From: a virus
Lineage: Duplodnaviria; Caudoviricetes
Reading direction: 5' to 3' (one strand)
DNA length: 24,105 nucleotides
IMG/VR virus record: IMGVR_UViG_3300036940_000057
Span: 1-24,105 of that record
Shown here piece by piece: positions 1 through 8,825 of this stretch. A model generated the notes under the pieces. That model worked only from the letters and a program-made list of their open reading frames with translations. It was not told the DNA's origin and did not search any database. Each line of letters starts with the position of its first letter. Position 1 is the stretch's first letter. The translations under genes were made by a program, and so were the position numbers.

Positions 1-1
1 A

Positions 2-649
2 CATTAAGTCTTCCGGGAAATAATCACCATCTGTATCGTGATAATTCTTGCCGTCTTTTTCACTAGTTATAGACCATCCAAAAATTACACCTAACGGCTT
101 ACCAGCCTTAACAAGTAAATTTTCTGTTTCGTATTCTTTTATCAACCCTTCACGCTTCAGGATATTGCGGGACCATGTAAAACCTGCATCACCGCCCCAA
201 CCCTGCCAAGCCTGCCAACCCTTACCCTTTTCGTCCCATGTAGAGCCTTTTTTGTCGACTTCATGACGAGAGAAAAAAGAATACATGCGCTTAACAGTAT
301 CAAGAGATAAATTATCTTTATTGATAAGCTGATTAGCTCTTGCAAGGCCCGTTGCGGTCATACCCTTTTCTGAGTCTGGCTTACTATCTCGGACTTCCAA
401 AGCCCGTTTAGCGTTATTAGACATTTCATCAGTAGGCACATACCCTTTAGCTTTTTTAAGTACCCATTTGCCAGATTTACCTTTTTCATAGCTACGGCCC
501 ACAGCAGACCACGCAGATTGAATAGAAACAAGCTCGGTTTTATTAGCTTTATTTTGTGCGTTAAATACATTGCGCCATATCGTTTGGGCATGTTCTGGCA
601 ATGAGTTTTTTACGCTATCTGGTAAATCTGTATTACTTTTATATGGCAT
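2..649 (-). CDS. ChaB-domain / XkdF-like prohead serine protease fusion (3'-truncated by window edge; missing from ORF track)
   Basis: Manual translation from ATG at 649 is open for 216 codons to the edge. It reads MPYKSNTDLPDSVKNSLPEHAQTIWRNVFNA...AWSAVGRSYEKGKSGKW (ChaB signature), then a middle domain ...TVKRMYSFFSRHEVDKKG..WQAWQGWGGDAG..W, then LGVIFGWSITSEKDGKNYHDTDGDYFPEDL (resembles the XkdF-family N-terminus). It lies in the protease slot after portal and MuF. Confidence 0.8.
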   Translation of the reverse strand, partial: MPYKSNTDLPDSVKNSLPEHAQTIWRNVFNAQNKANKTELVSIQSAWSAVGRSYEKGKSGKWVLKKAKGYVPTDEMSNNAKRALEVRDSKPDSEKGMTATGLARANQLINKDNLSLDTVKRMYSFFSRHEVDKKGSTWDEKGKGWQAWQGWGGDAGFTWSRNILKREGLIKEYETENLLVKAGKPLGVIFGWSITSEKDGKNYHDTDGDYFPEDLM

Positions 650-652
650 ATT

Positions 653-1657
653 TTACCTATTAAAATAACTTCCTACACGTCTAAGCACTGTTGTGCATCT
701 ACATTGGACAGTATTTCTGGCTGTTCCGCTTGGGTCTCTCGGGTATTTCAATGGTCCTAATGGAGTTTGAAACGGCTCGTTATAACCACGTCCCTCTGGG
801 TTCATGCCGCTTATCAAAAAGTGCGAAGCACGTTCTCGACTATCTCCAGTATCAATCCAGAATCTTTTATAAGTTTCATCTCCGAAAGCCCCAGACTCTT
901 CTGCTTGTCTACCCGCTTCAAAGTCACCCATTGATATTGCTCTCATAGACTCGGTTCTCGCTATAACTTCTGATCTATATTTTATATACTTATCAGTATA
1001 TCTCTGAACCATCTTGTCTATCTTTACCATATCAACTTTATTTGTGTCAATTAATTGACGCACAGTAGAATCAAATCGTTTATCACGCAACGAATAGTTT
1101 AAAGCGTTTGCGTCATTGTTAATTAAAGCTTGTTTATAATTATTAACAGCATTGGCTTGATTTTCAGTTAGTCCAATTGAATCCCTAAACATTCTTGCTG
1201 TTTGCTTTGGGCTTGAACCTGTAATTAAGCCGATTCTATTCGCCTCAATAATGCCCGCTCTTGTATTGTCAGAAATTTGACTAACGAGGGCTGCACCGTG
1301 TGAGTTTACGGCTTCTACAGTTGCAGGATTAAGCATTGAGAACTTAAAAGTATTGTTTACTTTACCGTCAAGAGTTGTTGTTACCGCAAGTCTGCCGGAC
1401 CTAGATACAGCGTCTTCTAACTCTGGAACCAATTCAGCTTCAAAATACGGATTAAATGAACCGATACTATCAATAGCCGCATATATTCCACCAGTTTCAA
1501 AAGCTTTTTCTAGCTCTGTTAAACTTGCGGCATCTTTTATATTATCAAGTGCTTTTAAAAAAGCTTTACGCATACGGGCATCAAGGGCATTTACTATTTT
1601 ATAAACACCCCCCTCACTCGCAGGATCAAACTTTTTTTTAAGCTTCTGTATCTTCAT
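653..1657 (-). CDS. Phage head morphogenesis / minor head protein (Mu gpF / SPP1 gp7 family, short form)
   Basis: Motifs RSEVIARTE, W..TGDSRER.SH and YPRDPSG...NTVQCRC at the C-terminus; directly downstream of portal. Confidence 0.9.
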   Translation of the reverse strand: MKIQKLKKKFDPASEGGVYKIVNALDARMRKAFLKALDNIKDAASLTELEKAFETGGIYAAIDSIGSFNPYFEAELVPELEDAVSRSGRLAVTTTLDGKVNNTFKFSMLNPATVEAVNSHGAALVSQISDNTRAGIIEANRIGLITGSSPKQTARMFRDSIGLTENQANAVNNYKQALINNDANALNYSLRDKRFDSTVRQLIDTNKVDMVKIDKMVQRYTDKYIKYRSEVIARTESMRAISMGDFEAGRQAEESGAFGDETYKRFWIDTGDSRERASHFLISGMNPEGRGYNEPFQTPLGPLKYPRDPSGTARNTVQCRCTTVLRRVGSYFNR

Positions 1658-3023
1658 TTTTTTCAGGTATCCCAGCCTGTTCTCTTAACCAATTTTCAGT
1701 GTCGTCATCCCCGCCAAGAGTAATCCCTGTTGCGCCCATCTTTGCGATATAATCGCCTAGTGCGCTCAAGTCAGCATCTTTTACGCTATCAAATGAGATA
1801 GTCGGCATATCTTTAATATCAAAACCTGCCGCTTCGTTTAAATGCCATAAGTACGGCAAAAGTTGTTTATTATAGACGTTTGCAACTCGCTCAAGCCATC
1901 CATCGATTGAAGCTAAAAATAAATCTGAAATATTTTGTGATAAGTTTCTGTTGCCGCTTGCACTCTGCGAACCTAACATAATAAATTGAGCGAACATGGT
2001 TCTTGCAATTTCTTGTTGTTTACGAGATATCGGATCGCCTATTTTTATATCAGCGGACTTAGCTGTTAAAAGATCAAAATCAACTCTTTTAACATTCGTT
2101 GGGTTTCCTTGATTATCTAAATAAGTGTTAGAAGGTATAACAATTCCACCACGCTCATTTTTTTTGACATCTGAAACCATTTTAGCATAAGAGTTTAGTG
2201 ATTTAATTGCTTTATTTCTAACAGCATCTGGTAGTCTGTTGCCATTTTTATCAAACCCTGTCGCATTTTGAAAAATATCGTCTGGTATGCGAGCAATAGG
2301 CAGACCGCCAAGATTACGCTCATATCCCATCGCTTCGTATTCTTCTAAGTATTTTAGAAAATACCATGGTCTATAAGCATTACGGAATGCCGATGTACCC
2401 TCTGGGTTACCCTTTTTCGGGTTAATTTTGTAATGTAAGCAGCGTGATAAAGGTATACGTCTAATCCCACCACCGTTAGGAGGCTCTTGCTCAAATCCCC
2501 ATACATCGCCATTGTCAGGATAACCGTCTAACACTTCGTGTGTCATAATCCATCTATATAACGATTCAGGTGGGCGACTTGCAAGCTTTGCTATACCGAT
2601 CAATCCATCATCAAACTTACTGCATTTATCAATGTTATCAAATTCATATCCGTTGCGTTGCTTTGCGATAATTTCAAACAAGCTGAAACCGTAAGTGTAT
2701 GAATTGTCAGTAGCTTCTGAAATATGTGAATCTGTAGTCGTAGACATGTCTTCAAGTACAGTTTCTACAAATTCTTGCATTTCTACGCCTTTTTGAGTTT
2801 GAGCTGCCTCAATATTCATCCCCGTTTTACAGATCAAAGACGTGATGCCGAACATGATTGAGCCGATGGTCGGATCGTTATCACGCATCTCACGCATTGT
2901 CTTGCGACCATTATTGCCTTTGAGTTTAGTCAAAAACTCTTCATAGACAAACCCGCCAGACTCGTGATATCCAGCTACGCCAACAGCTTCAAATGGGGTT
3001 TCCTGCTCTTTATCGTCACTCAT
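1638..3023 (-). CDS. Portal protein (DUF935 / Mu gp29-like)
   Basis: 461 aa with motifs MRDND.TIG, YGFS.FEI, NPEGTS.FRNAY.PW, ER...G.P, IAR.MFAQF..LG and ENWLREQAGIP; adjacent to MuF. Confidence 0.9.
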   Translation of the reverse strand: MSDDKEQETPFEAVGVAGYHESGGFVYEEFLTKLKGNNGRKTMREMRDNDPTIGSIMFGITSLICKTGMNIEAAQTQKGVEMQEFVETVLEDMSTTTDSHISEATDNSYTYGFSLFEIIAKQRNGYEFDNIDKCSKFDDGLIGIAKLASRPPESLYRWIMTHEVLDGYPDNGDVWGFEQEPPNGGGIRRIPLSRCLHYKINPKKGNPEGTSAFRNAYRPWYFLKYLEEYEAMGYERNLGGLPIARIPDDIFQNATGFDKNGNRLPDAVRNKAIKSLNSYAKMVSDVKKNERGGIVIPSNTYLDNQGNPTNVKRVDFDLLTAKSADIKIGDPISRKQQEIARTMFAQFIMLGSQSASGNRNLSQNISDLFLASIDGWLERVANVYNKQLLPYLWHLNEAAGFDIKDMPTISFDSVKDADLSALGDYIAKMGATGITLGGDDDTENWLREQAGIPEKNEDTEA

Positions 3024-3325
3024 TATTTTACTCTCTTTTTTAACTCTTTAATATCGTCTGTGTTGCGTCTTTGATTAGTTTCCAGCCCAATAATTCTATC
3101 ATTTTGCGATCTATCCATCGCATTTTGAGCTTTGTTCTGAGTTCGTTGTTCGGTCATAAAATCTTTTAAATTTTTATTTAAAAACTCAATTTGTGTTGAC
3201 ACAACTGCCGATTGTTTATTGCCGTTCCACAACAATGATACAACTGCAATAACTCCAGCTAAAATAAGGGGAAGTATAATTTTTTGGATTAGTTCTTTTG
3301 TAATATCAGGACGATTTGTTAACAT
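3023..3325 (-). CDS. Single-TM plus coiled-coil membrane protein (holin/spanin-like)
   Basis: Hydrophobic segment IILPLILAGVIAVVSLLW followed by a heptad-rich region and basic C-terminus; its stop overlaps the portal ATG (TAATG). Confidence 0.5.
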   Translation of the reverse strand: MLTNRPDITKELIQKIILPLILAGVIAVVSLLWNGNKQSAVVSTQIEFLNKNLKDFMTEQRTQNKAQNAMDRSQNDRIIGLETNQRRNTDDIKELKKRVK

Positions 3326-3980
3326 AGCTTTCCACTGGTTTAAATATCTTGTAACAATTATGTTGTAACGACCACTTGGTATTGATTATCGAATCTAAAT
3401 ATTTTACATCATTATTATTAGCTGACCTGAGTCTAACTGTCAAATATTTGACACTATCAAGTTGAGAATTAATTTTACGCTTTTTTATTATTTCGTGGGT
3501 ATATTTATAAGCGTATCCCCGGCAAATTATAAACTTTCCTCCGCCCTCTTTGCCAAACGATGAAAGGACTAAATCTAATGCATCACGAATGGGCTTATTG
3601 CGCTTTAAAGGACGTTTGTAGACGACAAATATATCTGTTTGATTAATTATATCGGATGGGCGGTCAAAATGGCGATAAAGGACATATATAGCCGACATTA
3701 ATAAAAATATAATGCTTAAAGAATAGCCAGCAATGGAAGTATTTTTTAACTCATAAATTGCAATTATTGCCATTAGTGTTTGATGAAATGTCCACGCACA
3801 AACAAGAGCAAAAATTAATTTAATTTTAAGTTTATTATATGGTATTAAATAAAAAGTTATTAAGCAGAGTATCAATTTTTGAAAATGGACAGAAATAGCA
3901 AAAGCCCACCATGCAGATGGGCCGTTGAATAAAGCGGGGATAAAGCTAAGTAAAAAACAAACTATTAAACAATAAATCAT
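3306..3980 (-). CDS. Membrane protein with about 4 N-terminal TM segments and a soluble C-terminal domain
   Basis: First ~100 aa are hydrophobic; overlaps both neighbours (ATGA overlap at 3977-3980); very AT-rich. Confidence 0.65.
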   Translation of the reverse strand: MIYCLIVCFLLSFIPALFNGPSAWWAFAISVHFQKLILCLITFYLIPYNKLKIKLIFALVCAWTFHQTLMAIIAIYELKNTSIAGYSLSIIFLLMSAIYVLYRHFDRPSDIINQTDIFVVYKRPLKRNKPIRDALDLVLSSFGKEGGGKFIICRGYAYKYTHEIIKKRKINSQLDSVKYLTVRLRSANNNDVKYLDSIINTKWSLQHNCYKIFKPVESYVNKSS

Positions 3981-4171
3981 ACTAGCGGACCTTGTTTGGG
4001 CGTTCTCTCTCCAGCAGGAACGTAATCAGCTACCTTTTTTTTAGTCTGCTTACCTTTCCCAAATCGTCCGTCATCACCCCTTGGCTGGCCGTTATAATCT
4101 TTTGCTTTCCGCAAAGATTCGCCATAGTCGCTAATAAAACCATCTAAATCGTTATCATCTTCCCAAAGCAT
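3977..4171 (-). CDS. Small protein with QPRGDDGRFG motif
   Basis: GGAG SD upstream; coupled to both neighbours; motif resembles the (H/Q)PRxxxGRF peptide seen in phage head-associated proteins. Confidence 0.6.
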   Translation of the reverse strand: MLWEDDNDLDGFISDYGESLRKAKDYNGQPRGDDGRFGKGKQTKKKVADYVPAGERTPKQGPLV

Positions 4172-4174
4172 CGG

Positions 4175-4741
4175 CTACTCCAATGGCTCACTCCAATGAG
4201 CTATTTTATCGTTATAATAATCGGCAATATTTACGCCACTAATTGTGACAGATTCCCAACCACCAGAAATTGTCGGCCAATCAAAAGTATCAGGAAATCC
4301 AGCTTGTTGAGGAACGTCACACAATGCCTGCTGAAAATTTTGCAAGTCTACAAGTTGTGATTCTAGAACAGTTATGTCCTCACCGTTTCTTGTTGCTATA
4401 GCAACCCTGCGCGTCCAATTGTCAATCATGCTTTGAATCTTATTAACAAGACAATCACGAACATTTCTAGCTCGTTTAGACAAGCAGCAGACACATTGAT
4501 CGTGAGGTCTTTCAATAATTGGATAATTATATATTACCTTATCTGATTCGATTGTAATTTCTACAGGTCCATAAGTGTAAAGTCCTGTATCTTCTATTGT
4601 TTCGCACGTTTTTATAGCTGTATAGAGTTTTCCACCTTCACTATTTAAAATTCGCTTCATGCCATTTGACGATTTTGTTAATTTATTATCCGGACTACCA
4701 GCTATAACAATATTATCTTTAACTATTACTAAACCTGACAT
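4175..4741 (-). CDS. Tail fibre assembly chaperone-like protein
   Basis: C-terminal QALCDVPQQAGFPDTFDWP matches the QALRD.PQQ.GFP....WP pattern of phage tail assembly chaperones; follows the RBP gene. Confidence 0.75.
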   Translation of the reverse strand: MSGLVIVKDNIVIAGSPDNKLTKSSNGMKRILNSEGGKLYTAIKTCETIEDTGLYTYGPVEITIESDKVIYNYPIIERPHDQCVCCLSKRARNVRDCLVNKIQSMIDNWTRRVAIATRNGEDITVLESQLVDLQNFQQALCDVPQQAGFPDTFDWPTISGGWESVTISGVNIADYYNDKIAHWSEPLE

Positions 4742-4750
4742 TTTATCACC

Positions 4751-5815
4751 TTATCTTGCAACAATTGGTATGATAGTTCCAAAACCTAAATTACTTTCAT
4801 TTCTATAAAAAACAACAGCATTAGTATCATCTGCCCTCGCTATTGAACAATAAAGAGTCTCAACAGAATTAATAGCAACCGGAGAACTTGCTGACCACGT
4901 ATTACTACCTGCTGTACGTGATATCGGTATTATTTCCCCACGACCTGATGAATTATTTTCATAAAATAGAACAGCATTAGTATCATCAGCCATTGCTATC
5001 GAACAATAAGCAGTATCAACAGAATTAATTACAACCGGAGAACTTGCTGACCACGTATTACTACCTGCTGTACGTGATATCGGTATTATTTCCCCATAAT
5101 CTGTTCTCTCGTTTCTGTAAAATAGAACGGCATGAGTATCATCAGCCATTGCTATTGAACAATAAAGAGTAGTAACAGAATTAATTACAACCGGAGAACT
5201 TGCTGACCACGTATTACTACCTGCTGTACGTGATATCGGTACTATTTCTCCATAATCTGTTCTCTCGTTTCTGTAAAATAGAACGGCATGAGTATCATCA
5301 GCCATTGCTATTGAACAATAAAGAGTACCAGTAGAAGTAACCGCAATTGGAGAACCAGCTGTCCATGTATTGCTTCCAGAAGTACGTGAAATCGGAACTA
5401 TTTCTCCATATCCTGTTGTTCCATTTCTGTAAAATAAAACAGCATGGGTATCATCAGCCATTGCTATTGAACAAAAAAGAGTAGTAACAGAATTAATTAC
5501 AACCGGAGAACTTGCTGACCACGTATTACTACCTGCTGTACGTGAAATCGGAATTATTTCCCCAAGACCTGATGCCTCATTTCTGTAAAATAGAACGGCA
5601 TGAGTATCATCAGCCATTGCTATCGAACAATAAGCAGTAGAAACAGAATTAATTACAACCGGAGAACTTGCTGTCCATGTATTGCTTCCAGAAGTACGTG
5701 AAATCGGAACTATTTCTCCATATCCTGTTGTTGAATTATCTCTGTAAAATAAAACAGCATTAGTATCGTCTGCCATTGCTATTGAACAATAATGAGTAAG
5801 AACAGAATTAATTGC
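4751..5815 (-). repeat. Seven in-frame tandem repeats with 156-bp period (one 159 bp)
   Basis: The anchor gctat(t/c)gaacaa recurs at 4839, 4995, 5151, 5307, 5463, 5619 and 5778. Unit: YCSIAMADDTHAVLFYRN....YGEIIPISRTAGSNTWSASSPVVINSV.T. Confidence 0.97.
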
Positions 5816-6655
5816 TGTTTCTACACCGTTTAGTGTCCCATCATAATGGGACCATGCATTAAATGTGTCTGATGTTGTAAAACTTGTCGACAACGATCTT
5901 TCAGATAGATTGCCATATATATCTTCATCTTGTAAATCAAAATAATAGAGCGTATCAACTTCTAAATCATTAAAATCTATTTCAATTGAATCTGCATTTA
6001 ATTCAGCAGTAGACACGACATTTATCATGTCGGGATCTGTTGCAACTCTAGCTATTCTACGCAATCTATCACGTCCATACAACGATCTGTATGGAGAACC
6101 TGTCAAAATTATTGGAAAAATGTCTGTTTCACCGTTGGTTGGAGAAGTGTTAATAGGTTTTGCAACAAGTCGTTCTTGCGGAACAGCGGGAACCAATATA
6201 CCCTTTTTTAATGATGTTACAGTAGCAACTCCTAAATCTTCCGTTGTAGTAATAAACGTGTTGGTTCCATCAAATGTTGAACTTTTTACATATCTAAATT
6301 CACTTTGTAAACCATTCGGCAATATTGATCTTCTACTTTGATATTCAGATGTTACATCAACTCCAGCAACTCTTATCTGATTACTTGAAATTTTAACGAC
6401 TGGATTTGTCTCGTCTTGAAAAGCCGAAAATGCACCAGACTCTACTTGACCAATTAATAATGTATTATTATTTATCTTCGTATCAAGTCTGTTAACTTCA
6501 TTAGTGTATTTATTATCTAATGCAGTGTCTCCATCATCTGACTTTGTTTCGACTCTATCAATGTCGTTAGAAACATAAACATTAAATGCATCATTAACAT
6601 CTTCATGCCAGTCAGTTTTACCCCTAGGCGCAGTAATATATGGACCTGCCATCAT
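4751..6655 (-). CDS. Tail fibre / receptor-binding protein with C-terminal 7-repeat beta-propeller
   Basis: N-terminal anchor/coiled region, an FN3-like segment (LEVDTLYYFDLQDED.YG..SERS...SFTT), then seven ~52-aa repeats; located after the tail-tip genes. Confidence 0.75.
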   Translation of the reverse strand: MMAGPYITAPRGKTDWHEDVNDAFNVYVSNDIDRVETKSDDGDTALDNKYTNEVNRLDTKINNNTLLIGQVESGAFSAFQDETNPVVKISSNQIRVAGVDVTSEYQSRRSILPNGLQSEFRYVKSSTFDGTNTFITTTEDLGVATVTSLKKGILVPAVPQERLVAKPINTSPTNGETDIFPIILTGSPYRSLYGRDRLRRIARVATDPDMINVVSTAELNADSIEIDFNDLEVDTLYYFDLQDEDIYGNLSERSLSTSFTTSDTFNAWSHYDGTLNGVETAINSVLTHYCSIAMADDTNAVLFYRDNSTTGYGEIVPISRTSGSNTWTASSPVVINSVSTAYCSIAMADDTHAVLFYRNEASGLGEIIPISRTAGSNTWSASSPVVINSVTTLFCSIAMADDTHAVLFYRNGTTGYGEIVPISRTSGSNTWTAGSPIAVTSTGTLYCSIAMADDTHAVLFYRNERTDYGEIVPISRTAGSNTWSASSPVVINSVTTLYCSIAMADDTHAVLFYRNERTDYGEIIPISRTAGSNTWSASSPVVINSVDTAYCSIAMADDTNAVLFYENNSSGRGEIIPISRTAGSNTWSASSPVAINSVETLYCSIARADDTNAVVFYRNESNLGFGTIIPIVAR

Positions 6656-7506
6656 ATCTCCTCTTCCATTGAAAATGGAACTTGTGTTCTTCCAATTAAA
6701 TTTGAGCTTGTATATTTAGGAATTTCTGTAAAACGTCCGTACAATATTGTATATGAATAATCTGGACTTGTTTTATCTGGTATAAAATGTGCAACAAACG
6801 GCTTTCTAGTTCCGTATCTATTTATTAAACGTAAAAAAGCACCGTAAGCCTCTCCGTCTAACATATATTTAAATTTTCCAGTAACCTTGTAGTAACGTTC
6901 TTTTTCGTCTGTTATTTTGTTTCCAGCATACGTTTTTGTTGTTACACTATTATCTACAAGTTGAAACGTGTGTCCTTTAACAAAATTACTTGTAGGTTCA
7001 AAGCGATATGACAAGAACATTCTACCGATTGAAAATTCTGTCAAACCATTATCTATAATTATGTCAAAATATTGAGCGACAACCTGCTCATCAAAGTAAA
7101 AGGGGGCCGTTAAGCGTGGAAACAACTGTAAATCTTCTTGACTAGGAACACCGCCGTATCCGTGATCTCCGTATCCTTCATCTCCGTATCCAAAAATTGA
7201 AGTGTAAGCGTCCCATACTTGACTATATATTAATGTTGTTCTTGCTTGATCTGAATATACATTAATAGTTACACCAGCAGTAGCAATTAAATTATGATGT
7301 GCAAATACAACAGTATCAACCGGACGCTCTGTACTTAGATCACACGATATAGTAACAGGCCCTGCTACAACACCAGTTTTATATGCTGTTGCAGGGTCGT
7401 CAACTTGTAAATTTGTGACGGGCCAACTAGCATCTTCATAATCAGCAGTTAACGTGCTTTCATCAAAGTGCAGGTTGTCCCAAATAAATCTTGCGTTATA
7501 ACTCAT
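6652..7506 (-). CDS. Tail tip / distal-tail-like structural protein
   Basis: Beta-rich, with a discoidin-like N-terminal part (P.TNL...DLS.ERPVD.VVFAHHNL), a GYGDEGYGDHGYGG loop and a Dit-like C-terminus (FSMEEEI); position in tail module. Confidence 0.65.
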   Translation of the reverse strand: MSYNARFIWDNLHFDESTLTADYEDASWPVTNLQVDDPATAYKTGVVAGPVTISCDLSTERPVDTVVFAHHNLIATAGVTINVYSDQARTTLIYSQVWDAYTSIFGYGDEGYGDHGYGGVPSQEDLQLFPRLTAPFYFDEQVVAQYFDIIIDNGLTEFSIGRMFLSYRFEPTSNFVKGHTFQLVDNSVTTKTYAGNKITDEKERYYKVTGKFKYMLDGEAYGAFLRLINRYGTRKPFVAHFIPDKTSPDYSYTILYGRFTEIPKYTSSNLIGRTQVPFSMEEEI

Positions 7507-8825
7507 TATGCTGTTATCTCTAATTGTACAGTATTTTCAGATATGTCTTGAATTATGTTCGTTAAAACTCCATAAACAGTTCCATACGGCTGATCTAGAT
7601 TTAAACACAAATAGTCACCTAATGTCAAAATATTGACGTCTGTGACTTGAGGTTTTGTCACTACAGAATATTTATATCTCGGTATTTTTAATATCTCTAA
7701 ATATTTATCGGCAGCGTCTTGAGCATCGCTTTCTGTTGTAAAAATCCCACCGACTTGAAAACTGTCTTTAGCAAACGGATATTGCAATGTACTTCTAATG
7801 ATTGCGTCTGTAAAAGAGTGTGATTCATAAGCCTTATCTATAACAACAACTGTTGTAGTTGTATCGCTTAAAACCTCATATTCTCCCTGAAAGTCTGTAT
7901 CTTCATATATTCTAACTGTATCACCAACTTGAAATTCATGTTCACCAGTTGGAAGTCCTGTATTATCATTTACATTTGTTGCAGAACCAGAAAATTCTAT
8001 ACCTTCAAATGATTTAACACTTTCTGCACTATACGAACCTAGATTTGACGTATAATATTGTGCTACAACTCTCCAGTAATTTCTATTTAAGCTTGTTTTA
8101 GAATAACCATCTAACACTTCACGCTCACCAATAGTCAAAACTGGTGTTCCTGATTCTGGTATCGAAAATTCTTTTATATAAAATATACCGTCATTGTCAA
8201 AACCGTAATAACTCGCAAGTGGTGTTAATATGTCACTCAAAACATCAACAAGTGTTGCGTCTGAATAGTTTAAATATATAGATATTGACCCGTAAGTTGT
8301 AAGCCAGTCGTCTACCCTCGTGTCTTTTTCTACACCAGCAGTTTCTATTATTTCATTGATAACATTTTCAATTGTGTCAGTTTCATCTTCTTTATCTATA
8401 TATGATATAGTTGATAAATCTAATGAACCATCATTTATTTCAAGATCAATTGTGCGAGAATTTATTGTTACTGTTCCAGTTTTCCCCGAGACAATAGTTT
8501 CGTAACTCGCATACTCGTCAGTTGTATCACCTGTCAAAATTCTGACAGGTCTATTCTCAAGAGTCCAATTGTTTGTTAATAAATAATTATATTTACCGTT
8601 ATTGTTATCTATTGATATTGTTCCGAAGTTACGCCCGATTATACCATAGAATATATTTTGAATGCTCTTTGTAATTGTTGGCAAACCAACATCTGATATA
8701 TTTCTGCTAAACGGTTCTTCTTGTATTAAAGGACTCAGTGTTAAGCTAGAGAATCTAAGGGTTTCATATTCTCTTGTTGTCCCATCTACTTTTATAATGT
8801 CAACTTCTATAAGATAATTTATCAT
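7506..8825 (-). CDS. Tail tip / baseplate hub-like protein
   Basis: Follows the tape measure; hub-like segments (DILTPLASYYGFDNDGIFYIK; LTLGDYLCL); small inserted beta-barrel HEFQVGDTVRI...GEYEV. Confidence 0.65.
   Translation of the reverse strand: MINYLIEVDIIKVDGTTREYETLRFSSLTLSPLIQEEPFSRNISDVGLPTITKSIQNIFYGIIGRNFGTISIDNNNGKYNYLLTNNWTLENRPVRILTGDTTDEYASYETIVSGKTGTVTINSRTIDLEINDGSLDLSTISYIDKEDETDTIENVINEIIETAGVEKDTRVDDWLTTYGSISIYLNYSDATLVDVLSDILTPLASYYGFDNDGIFYIKEFSIPESGTPVLTIGEREVLDGYSKTSLNRNYWRVVAQYYTSNLGSYSAESVKSFEGIEFSGSATNVNDNTGLPTGEHEFQVGDTVRIYEDTDFQGEYEVLSDTTTTVVVIDKAYESHSFTDAIIRSTLQYPFAKDSFQVGGIFTTESDAQDAADKYLEILKIPRYKYSVVTKPQVTDVNILTLGDYLCLNLDQPYGTVYGVLTNIIQDISENTVQLEITA

Noticed and set aside
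48-591. Track ORFs 48..266, 157..345 and 358..591
   Set aside because: They are wrong-frame or antisense shadows of the real ORF 649 to <2.
653-1657. MuF polymorphic toxin
   Set aside because: The protein ends about 14 residues after the CRC motif, leaving no toxin extension, and no immunity gene follows.
4751-5815. Diversity-generating retroelement or CRISPR array
   Set aside because: The repeats are in-frame coding units with no unique spacers. There is no reverse transcriptase, separate template repeat or cas gene in the window, and differences include indels and block-wise synonymous changes.
6652-8825. Hub-like gene preceding the Dit-like gene as a novelty
   Set aside because: Both assignments are tentative, and I believe this order occurs in other siphovirus tail modules.
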